A DNA stretch of 64,000 bases from the IMG/VR virus record IMGVR_UViG_3300009184_000001, positions 30,441-94,440 of that record. One strand, 5' to 3'. The position numbers and the translations under genes were made by a program. This DNA comes from a virus. This document shows, in pieces, positions 19,453 to 26,016 of the stretch. Position 1 is the first letter of the stretch. Each line of letters begins with the position of its first letter. The notes below the pieces were generated by a model. The model saw only the letters and a program-made list of their open reading frames with translations, was not told the DNA's origin and did no database searches.

Positions 19453-19788
19453 TTAACTAGTTAGGTAGTCTAAAAGCTCGGGGTTGTCTTTTAGTACCAT
19501 TAAAAGGGTTTCTTCGTACATTCCAATGAAGTAATGCTCTGTTTCTTCAAAGGTTAGCTTAGGATTCATTTTACTTCCTGTAAAAAAAGTAAATCTAATA
19601 GCATGTAGAATCTCGTGCATTAGCACTTGCTTCTTACGGGTTGTGGCTGCATCTATATCAATAATAATCATGTTACGACGTTCTAGTGTATACCCGTAGT
19701 TATCCTCATACAACATGCCATCTTCTTTAGAACTGTGTTCTACTATGTCCCATATCTGAGTACCAATAAGTAACGTTTCTGGAATCAC
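19453..19788 (-). CDS. Small HExxH metallopeptidase-like protein
   Basis: VLMHEILHAI followed by a downstream E. Confidence 0.7.
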   Translation of the reverse strand: MIPETLLIGTQIWDIVEHSSKEDGMLYEDNYGYTLERRNMIIIDIDAATTRKKQVLMHEILHAIRFTFFTGSKMNPKLTFEETEHYFIGMYEETLLMVLKDNPELLDYLTS

Positions 19789-19958
19789 CTGTCAGACCCC
19801 CATCCTGAGCCTTTAAAGGTGAGTGACGGTGCTGAGAAGACACGAGTCATCTCTTTCTTGCACTCTAAACATTCTGGAACTATACGTTGCTCTGATATGG
19901 TTACAACGTGACTAACAGTAGTCTCACAAGTTTCACATTTGTACTGATAAGTAGGCAT
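19785..19958 (-). CDS. FmdB-family zinc-ribbon protein, 57 aa
   Basis: Manual translation MPTYQYKCETC...CLEC...MTRVFSAP...FKGSGW. Confidence 0.85.
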   Translation of the reverse strand: MPTYQYKCETCETTVSHVVTISEQRIVPECLECKKEMTRVFSAPSLTFKGSGWGSDR

Positions 19959-19960
19959 TG

Positions 19961-20062
19961 TTAAGCCTTAACTAATTTACGTTTGATTGGGTCAAATACT
20001 TTTGGAGACTTCTTAAAAGCCTTCCCACTATTTCTTTTATCGTTACGGGCACCTTTTGCCAT
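19961..20062 (-). CDS. 33-aa basic peptide MAKGARNDKRNSGKAFKKSPKVFDPIKRKLVKA
   Basis: AGGAG RBS at normal spacing; fills the gap between tRNA-Trp and the FmdB gene. Confidence 0.7.
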   Translation of the reverse strand: MAKGARNDKRNSGKAFKKSPKVFDPIKRKLVKA

Positions 20063-20088
20063 TTTATTCTCCTATCTGTTATTGTTCG

Positions 20089-20159
20089 CTGATTCTGTAG
20101 GAGTCGAACCTACGCTAACGGTGTTGGAGACCGCTGTGCTACCGTAACACTTAGAACCA
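20089..20159 (-). tRNA. tRNA-Trp (CCA), 3' CCA not encoded
   Basis: Acceptor TGGTTCT/AGAATCA, anticodon arm GCGGT-CT CCA AC-ACCGT, T arm GTAGG-TTCGACT-CCTAC. Confidence 0.92.
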
Positions 20160-20164
20160 TTAGT

Positions 20165-20226
20165 GCAACTACTCCCAAGGACGAAACAATGGGCGGAGTT
20201 ATCCACGGCTAGTTGCCATACCGTGG
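20165..20226 (-). ncRNA. Putative pseudoknotted RNA between the mini-tmRNA and tRNA-Trp
   Basis: CCACGG/CCGTGG interleaved with GCAACTA/TAGTTGC, plus an ACTCC/GGAGT hairpin. Confidence 0.5.
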
Positions 20227-20229
20227 CAG

Positions 20230-20309
20230 TGGACCAGCACAGAATTGAACTGTGGTCTTACAGAGTCCTACTGGAGGCTTTGTTCTGCAATCGACACCAT
20301 TTCTAGCCC
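20230..20309 (-). ncRNA. Minimal tmRNA-like RNA (tRNA-like domain only, no tag reading frame)
   Basis: GGGCTAG/CTGGTCC acceptor with G3-U70 and discriminator A; stemless D-loop AAATGGTGTCGA; helix TTGCAGA/TCTGTAA; GAC linker; T arm CACAG-TTCAATT-CTGTG. Confidence 0.8.
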
Positions 20310-20383
20310 TTGTGCCAGGATGATTGCCACTAGGCTCACGCGAGAACATACGGTGCTCCTGGCGAACACACGCTCTTGTAATT

Positions 20384-20411
20384 AGTATACACCAAAATTA
20401 CTTGATGTCAA
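20384..20411 (-). promoter_or_regulatory. Sigma70/SigA-type promoter for the RNA cassette
   Basis: TTGACA-16 nt-TATACT. Confidence 0.7.
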
Positions 20412-20931
20412 TTACCTTAGGTTTCTTTTCTTCAGGAAGCTCTTTCTTAAAAGTAATTACTAGTAGTCCATTATCTAGTTCAGCACTTGTTACTACCCAG
20501 TACTCAGCAATAGCAAGAGATAGAGTAAAGTCTCTAGTAGCTATACCTTGATATAGTACTTCTCCTTTAGCCTTACTCTCCTTGTTACCTTGAATAGTAA
20601 TAGTAGAGTCTTTAACAGTAACAGTAATTTCTTTTTTACTAAAACCAGCAACAGCTACATTGAGTAGGTTAGTTTCATCATCCAATTGAACAATGTCGTA
20701 TGGGGGATAGGTTGGTTTATTTGAGGTAATTTCCTTGAGTTGGTCAAGGATAGGTGACCAGCCAATAGATAGACGGTCTAGACGAGGGAATAGGTCAGCA
20801 ATGGTAATAACCTTAGGCTTCTCTGATTGCCACTTCTTATAACTATCTTCGTGGATATTTGGACCCCAGGGAGTATAAGGTGGTTTTTTGTTTTTATCCC
20901 ATGGGTCATTTGAATATGGTTGTATATGCAT
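20398..20931 (-). CDS. Small heat-shock protein (Hsp20/IbpA family)
   Basis: YPPYDI, AVAGF, YQGIATRDF, A.LDNGLL.I, PKVIDI (IxI motif). Confidence 0.92.
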   Translation of the reverse strand: MHIQPYSNDPWDKNKKPPYTPWGPNIHEDSYKKWQSEKPKVITIADLFPRLDRLSIGWSPILDQLKEITSNKPTYPPYDIVQLDDETNLLNVAVAGFSKKEITVTVKDSTITIQGNKESKAKGEVLYQGIATRDFTLSLAIAEYWVVTSAELDNGLLVITFKKELPEEKKPKVIDIK

Positions 20932-21029
20932 TTTGTCTCCTTAGACGACAACTGTGCTACGATACCATTTTCACAAACTGTCCGAAGCACAGTATTAATT
21001 TACGACACCCAATTGGCGTGTCTATATTT

Positions 21030-21058
21030 ATATTATATATTTAATGACTATTTGTCAA
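21030..21058 (-). promoter_or_regulatory. SigA-type promoter upstream of hsp20
   Basis: TTGACA-17 nt-TAATAT. Confidence 0.6.
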
Positions 21059-21067
21059 GTTTAACTA

Positions 21068-21265
21068 TTATCTAAATCCTGGATTAGCTTTATGCCATGC
21101 TTCAACTACTTTAGACACATGGTCTTCTTGTTCTATCTTAGGCGCTTCTGACAGCTGCTGAGACACGACAGGGTGAGCTTCTTCCCTCTTCTTAGGAGTT
21201 TCTGGCCATGAACCTGTACGTTCATAGTGCTCTTTACGAGCCCAGTAGGCTGCATCTCTAGCCAT
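21068..21265 (-). CDS. Hypothetical protein
   Basis: 65-aa ORF with AAGGA RBS. Confidence 0.6.
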   Translation of the reverse strand: MARDAAYWARKEHYERTGSWPETPKKREEAHPVVSQQLSEAPKIEQEDHVSKVVEAWHKANPGFR

Positions 21266-21384
21266 AGCTATCCTTGTTCAACAACGAGAGGCTTTTTTAC
21301 GGCCCCGCCACTTTTTTAAGTCTTAATTAGTTTATACCTTAATGTCTATGATAGTATGTCAAAATAAAGATATAAGATAAAGGA

Positions 21385-21741
21385 TTGAATATGTCTAAGA
21401 AAAACCCAAAAGCTACTATGCAGAGCTTAAAGAGTCGTCTAGTATCCCACCCATTAGCTTTAGGTGTTGCTGGAGCTATGGCTGCTGGTGGAGGAAACCG
21501 TGTTGGTGAACCTGCAAACAACTTTGTTGGAGATTTTGCTCAGCCTTATTTTGATATGATTAGTGCTCACCCTAATGGTGCTCCTGCAGCTGGTGCTGCT
21601 ATTGGTGCCGGAGTTGGTGTAATTAGTGCTTTGGTAGCACAGCGTCGTGATGCTAAAGCTTATCACCAACAGCAGAATGTTGCTGCTAGAACTGCCAGCT
21701 TAAATCCTCATATCACTAGAAACTACAAAAACCCTAAGTAA
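21385..21741 (+). CDS. Hypothetical protein with Gly/Ala-rich hydrophobic segments
   Basis: First plus-strand ORF after the strand switch; AAAGGA RBS. Confidence 0.6.
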   Translation: MNMSKKNPKATMQSLKSRLVSHPLALGVAGAMAAGGGNRVGEPANNFVGDFAQPYFDMISAHPNGAPAAGAAIGAGVGVISALVAQRRDAKAYHQQQNVAARTASLNPHITRNYKNPK

Positions 21742-21763
21742 TCCTTAAAACGCCCCTGCCATT

Positions 21764-22051
21764 ATGAATCCTTATACACAGGACATGTCTTGCCCCGGGG
21801 GATGTGGGCAATCTATAACCTATAATAAAAGCAAAGACACCTGGTCTCATGCAGGTCTACACGATAGTTCTTGTCCATTTCATCAATATGAACCTATGGA
21901 CCACAGACATGTATTAAATATTAGGTGGGGTAGACTTAAATTCAATGACCAGGGTGAAATTGAAGAGGTAAAAAGGGAACCTAAGCCTGTTCCTGAGCCC
22001 AAATTAGCTGATGTAATCAGTCTGGCTCAATATCGTAAGAAAAAATCTTAA
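21764..22051 (+). CDS. Hypothetical zinc-binding protein
   Basis: CPGGC...H...C. Confidence 0.55.
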   Translation: MNPYTQDMSCPGGCGQSITYNKSKDTWSHAGLHDSSCPFHQYEPMDHRHVLNIRWGRLKFNDQGEIEEVKREPKPVPEPKLADVISLAQYRKKKS

Positions 22052-22058
22052 AAAACAC

Positions 22059-22087
22059 TTGACAAGCTCTTAACTAGGCTATAGATT
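22059..22087 (+). promoter_or_regulatory. SigA-type promoter
   Basis: TTGACA-17 nt-TAGATT. Confidence 0.65.
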
Positions 22088-22172
22088 AGCCGTATGAAGT
22101 TAATTGAGCAGTTTTATCTCCCATCAATGAAACACTCTCTACGGGCCTCACAAGGGCTTACAGGGGCATTCT

Positions 22173-22679
22173 ATGCCTAGACCGACACCGCCATGTGGAA
22201 CTAGGGCCGGATATCGTCTTCATGTTAGGGTGCAGGGGCGTCCTAAGGATGAATGTGAGCTATGTTACAACGCTGAACTACAGTACTGGCGTGACAAAAG
22301 AAACCCAAACCATCCAGATTACCGTGGAAAAGAAATAAACAAAATAAGAAGGCGGGCTACGTTCCTCAAAAAACATGGCCTACCTAAGATTAACTACCGG
22401 ATACGCAATGAAACCCTAGAAAAACGTAATCCACGTAAATGGGGCTGGGAGCACTACACTACAGAGATGATAATAGAGCGTTGGGGCATCATTTGCTATC
22501 TTTGCAGTGAAGAGATAGACTTAGAGCTATCAAGGACAAGTCTAGAAGGTCTCCACCTAGACCATGTCATACCAATATCAAAGAAAGGCTGCGATATCAT
22601 CGATAATATAAAACCCACACATGCACGCTGCAACCTCGCCAAATCAGACAAAATGTGGCTAAATGGCGAACTCGTTTAG
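22173..22679 (+). CDS. HNH endonuclease
   Basis: CYLC...HLDHVIP.SK.G...DNI.PTH..CN..K; N-terminal CGT.AGY..H...C..C. Confidence 0.9.
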   Translation: MPRPTPPCGTRAGYRLHVRVQGRPKDECELCYNAELQYWRDKRNPNHPDYRGKEINKIRRRATFLKKHGLPKINYRIRNETLEKRNPRKWGWEHYTTEMIIERWGIICYLCSEEIDLELSRTSLEGLHLDHVIPISKKGCDIIDNIKPTHARCNLAKSDKMWLNGELV

Positions 22680-23048
22680 GCTACTGCTTAATATTAAAAG
22701 AGCTCAACCGTGTTTTTCACCTGGCGATAATATATCCTGCTTGCGTTAGGGTTGTCCCAAAATTACCGTTATCCTAACACCATCATAAATAGTGATGGCA
22801 CACTACTTATGTGAATAAGGTTTCGTGCTACCTATGGCGTGTAATTCCTATTTATAGGCATAACCCTTAGTAATACGGCTAAGGGTTATGCTCATAAAGT
22901 AATCGCTGACTATCTCCCCTTATTGCTACGGCACGGCTTATTCATTAGGGTTATCTCCCCTAATGTGTGAACTGTGCCGTAGTTAGGTGCAGTAAACGCT
23001 ATAACAACCGTTATAGTGAAACCCTTTACGCTTAGGAGCGTGATAGCG

Positions 23049-23660
23049 ATGAACACTACAACATCGCAAACAGTATTAGTTGCTGACTCAACTGACGTAA
23101 CTGGCAACGATGTGCCAGTATCCCTGTTTGAACGTGCCCTTGGTACGTTCACTGGTGACGGTGTTGGCTCTATCTTCAGGACTATTCCTGAATTAGAGCG
23201 ACTAGTCCTTACTGAAATGGTGGCTCGACTAGAGTCCACTATGGAAGTAAACGGCGTAACATTCACCGTATCAGAAGCGCGTAGTTCCTTTAAGGCACTA
23301 CACGTTCAGGGTGTCAAGACAGGCAAGCGAACCTGTGAGCAACTCCCAACTTGGGCAAAGAAGTCTGATGCCCCAGAGACAGAGTACGCAGAGACCATCA
23401 TAGATAAAGAAATCTATGACATCTTCACAGTTGAGCGTGGCTTCATTGACGTAAAGTCAAACGAAGAGGGTGTCCGTGACTATGTAGGTGTTCCTTGCCT
23501 GCTTAGAGGAGCAGATGCTCGCCTGTACAACGCCATTGACGAGTTCATTGGTGAACTTGGTATGGGCAGAAGCCGTCGTGGCAACAAGGGGTACTGGTCA
23601 GAGTATGACTTGGACGAGTTGGTCGCCGAGATGAAAGCCAGAATAGCTGAAATTAGCTAA
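23049..23660 (+). CDS. Hypothetical early protein
   Basis: Start moved to ATG 23049 (AGGAG RBS). Confidence 0.7.
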   Translation: MNTTTSQTVLVADSTDVTGNDVPVSLFERALGTFTGDGVGSIFRTIPELERLVLTEMVARLESTMEVNGVTFTVSEARSSFKALHVQGVKTGKRTCEQLPTWAKKSDAPETEYAETIIDKEIYDIFTVERGFIDVKSNEEGVRDYVGVPCLLRGADARLYNAIDEFIGELGMGRSRRGNKGYWSEYDLDELVAEMKARIAEIS

Positions 23661-23851
23661 TCTGGCTACTGCTCAACACACGGGCAGGCTAAGTGAGTCT
23701 ATCACCAGACTTACGAAGCCTGCCCGTTGCTGTTATCAAGTAAGACGTCGAGCAACGTCTATAAATAATGCAGAAGTTACGCACGCTCTATGCTCCTAAC
23801 TGCTAGGGAAAGTTAGGCGGGAAAGCCAGTGTTATTCCGATAAGGCAGTCA

Positions 23852-23898
23852 GCCCTAGAGACACTTTAGGTGTAGGTGTGCAAAGCCCCTCTAGGGCA
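23852..23898 (+). ncRNA. Mini tRNA-like element (acceptor stem, small hairpin, T arm)
   Basis: GCCCTAG/CTAGGGC+A; ACAC-TTTAG-GTGT; AGGTG-TGCAAAG-CCCCT. Confidence 0.45.
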
Positions 23899-23924
23899 CG
23901 CTCATTATAGAAAGGAGCCAAACT

Positions 23925-24146
23925 ATGGCTAAGAGCAAGTATGTCTTTGGAAATGCTTACTATAGCAAAGCCCTAGCTATGAAAGATTACTATTATCATA
24001 GGGCAAAAGCAGTGAAGTGGTGGTGCGAGACATTTAACTCAGCACCAACTGTAAGGTCTGATAGAAGAACCTTACGTAAAGCAAAACAAGTCACTAACTG
24101 GGACTTGTCAACAATGAATCTCTGGGAAGGAGAGCAGTATGTGTAA
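23925..24146 (+). CDS. Hypothetical protein
   Basis: AAAGGAG RBS. Confidence 0.65.
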   Translation: MAKSKYVFGNAYYSKALAMKDYYYHRAKAVKWWCETFNSAPTVRSDRRTLRKAKQVTNWDLSTMNLWEGEQYV

Positions 24147-24432
24147 ACACACAGAGATAATAACAGCAAGCCGTAATGCTGTTGTAGCCCTAAGGGCTAA
24201 AGTCCAAAGAAAACTACTTGTATTAGAGAACCCTTTTACAAGCGGCTCTGTAATAGGAGAGTTCTCTAGGCAAGAGAATGCCTATGACTTTCTCCTTATG
24301 GAAATAGAAGAGGTTGGCTGTAAGTCCTGTAAATATGATGCTCTAGACCCTGGTAGAAAGAGTAACTACCTTAGGTTTCTAGATGATTATGTTACACACT
24401 TTGCTAATGGTAAGTGTGAAGACTGTGAGTAA
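24139..24432 (+). CDS. Hypothetical protein with CxxC pairs
   Basis: 97-aa ORF with GGAG RBS. Confidence 0.6.
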   Translation: MCKHTEIITASRNAVVALRAKVQRKLLVLENPFTSGSVIGEFSRQENAYDFLLMEIEEVGCKSCKYDALDPGRKSNYLRFLDDYVTHFANGKCEDCE

Positions 24433-24491
24433 GTCTTTCTCATAGAAGCAAGGATAGTATTTGGGTTATCTATCCTCTAAGTCTTCTCTAT

Positions 24492-24665
24492 ATCTCTACA
24501 AATAAGACCCCCGTAGAGATGAATAAAGGGGGCAAGTCGTCCTAGTAGCGCACTCCAAGTGGCATTCCCCTAGAAATACGCAGGGTGAGTAAGGTTCGAA
24601 TCCTTACAGTGTGTGAAAGGCTCTCTCTATATAATAAGTCCCCCATAGAGAGCAGTAAAAGGGGG
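24492..24665 (+). repeat. Two ~42-nt direct repeats predicted as H-type pseudoknots, flanking a tRNA-like element
   Basis: 24492-24532 and 24623-24665 share TCTCTA..AATAAG.CCCCC.TAGAGA...TAAA.GGGGGCAA. Confidence 0.7.
24548..24615 (+). ncRNA. Degenerate tRNA-like element with no D arm or canonical anticodon arm
   Basis: Perfect T arm TAAGG-TTCGAAT-CCTTA; acceptor-like GCGCACT/AGTGTGT. Confidence 0.45.
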
Positions 24666-24811
24666 CAAAGCCCCCTTAGACCCCCGTACAAGGGCGTTCT
24701 AAGGGTAACCAAAGGGGCTTGGCTACGACCAAGGCAAGCACAACCGCTGGCGGTAGCTGTCTTCTCTAGAAGTAGTCAAGCCCCTCAACCTATATGAAAG
24801 GTAGGTAAGCA

Positions 24812-24997
24812 ATGACTAAATCAGTCAAGCAAGCAACACCTGTTACACCTGTTACACCAGCTAACACTAGCAAGCGAGCAATCGCTAGGCTCAAAGTTAG
24901 AGAAGCAAAGCACGGTGCAGAATGTCTTTACTGTGATGGTAGTGACCACAACCGTAAGCAAGTGTGGGATGCTGAAACACACAGTTGGGTAAAATAA
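24812..24997 (+). CDS. Hypothetical protein
   Basis: 61-aa ORF, AAAGG RBS, CLYC. Confidence 0.6.
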   Translation: MTKSVKQATPVTPVTPANTSKRAIARLKVREAKHGAECLYCDGSDHNRKQVWDAETHSWVK

Positions 24998-25142
24998 TGA
25001 CTGAGCACAATCAATATTATGTAAAGTTCAAGCCATTTGATATAGCCGTAGCCCTAAAAGGTAACGCTGTGCCTAATGGTTGGGTAAGGATAAGCCATAG
25101 TATGTGGCTTATGTTAGTAGCACTAAAGACAAGGAGATAACA

Positions 25143-25298
25143 GTGCAACTTATATGTAATGAGTGCGACTTCAATAGAGTCGCTAAATATAGACAGAGTG
25201 CTAAGCGTTTCTTGCGAATGTTTCACGTGGAACATTGGCACTACGCACAGTTGATTAGCTGTTCACAAGCATTCCGTAACAAGCCAAGGGGTATGTAA
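25143..25298 (+). CDS. Small zinc-finger protein
   Basis: GTG start after AAGGAG; CNEC...H...H. Confidence 0.5.
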   Translation: MQLICNECDFNRVAKYRQSAKRFLRMFHVEHWHYAQLISCSQAFRNKPRGM

Positions 25299-25516
25299 TG
25301 GCTATGTGTAGGAAGTGTGACTCCGAGGGTCACAAGACTAAGGCAGAGTTCGCAATAATTGTGAAACGAGCCCTGCATACATACAAAGATAACAACCAAG
25401 TAGATAGGTCATTTTTTGTAGATGTAAGTCCACGTATCAAGGCGTATCTATGCCAACCCTGCCTGAAATACACAAAAGAAACCGAAGTAGTTCAGTTTGA
25501 TACTGAAGTGCTCTAA
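25298..25516 (+). CDS. Small zinc-finger protein
   Basis: CRKC ... CQPC. Confidence 0.55.
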   Translation: MAMCRKCDSEGHKTKAEFAIIVKRALHTYKDNNQVDRSFFVDVSPRIKAYLCQPCLKYTKETEVVQFDTEVL

Positions 25517-25530
25517 CAAAGGAGATAACA

Positions 25531-25713
25531 ATGGCTAGTTCGCTAACCGAATTACAGTATAGGCAAGGCACACTCACTAATAGATTAGAGAGATTGCTAA
25601 GCTTACAATCTATGATGGCTAACCCTGACAAGCGTTTAGAGAATGATATAAGACTGACACGCTTGTCCCTAGATGATGTGAGGAAACAAATTGCCAACAG
25701 AAACAATCGCTAG
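25531..25713 (+). CDS. Hypothetical coiled-coil protein
   Basis: AAAGGAG RBS. Confidence 0.6.
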   Translation: MASSLTELQYRQGTLTNRLERLLSLQSMMANPDKRLENDIRLTRLSLDDVRKQIANRNNR

Positions 25714-26014
25714 TATTGCCAGCCAGCCTAGCCAACACAAACAAACTAAGTGGGTCACAACCACTAAAGATTACCCAACATATAGTCTTACAGCACAGAT
25801 GGGTAGAACCATCAGACGACTTCGTACAAACCAAGATAAAACATTACGACAACTTGCTGACACAAGTTATATAGCATTGTCTTTCTTGGCTGAAGTAGAA
25901 ACAGGTAAAAAGAACGCTAGTCCACATACTGTTGAAAGCATATGCATAGGGCTAGGAATAACAACGCTAGAGTTCATGCAAGAACTCTGCGTAACAATAG
26001 AAAAAGGATGGTAA
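25691..26014 (+). CDS. XRE-family helix-turn-helix regulator (start uncertain)
   Basis: G..IRRLR...KTLRQLA....IAL.FLAEVETGKKNAS...V..I...LG. Confidence 0.8.
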   Translation: MPTETIASIASQPSQHKQTKWVTTTKDYPTYSLTAQMGRTIRRLRTNQDKTLRQLADTSYIALSFLAEVETGKKNASPHTVESICIGLGITTLEFMQELCVTIEKGW

Positions 26015-26016
26015 CA

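Noticed and set aside
20089-20159. Suppressor tRNA or stop-codon recoding
   Set aside because: The anticodon is CCA (Trp) and core genes are intact under the standard code
20165-20226. Known self-cleaving ribozyme (theta/HDV, hammerhead, pistol, twister)
   Set aside because: No P3/L3 for HDV; GAAAC on the plus strand has no CUGANGA partner; pistol and twister core nucleotides not found
20230-20309. Ordinary tRNA-Ala, or a permuted two-piece tmRNA
   Set aside because: No D stem or 7-nt anticodon loop; the 5' and 3' acceptor strands are in normal, not permuted, order
21000-21025. CIRCE or HAIR heat-shock operator upstream of hsp20
   Set aside because: The palindrome matches neither TTAGCACTC-N9-GAGTGCTAA nor CTTGAGT-N7-ACTCAAG
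24585-24797. ORF-track 70-aa ORF
   Set aside because: No clear RBS and it overlaps RNA structures with compensatory changes, so it is likely spurious
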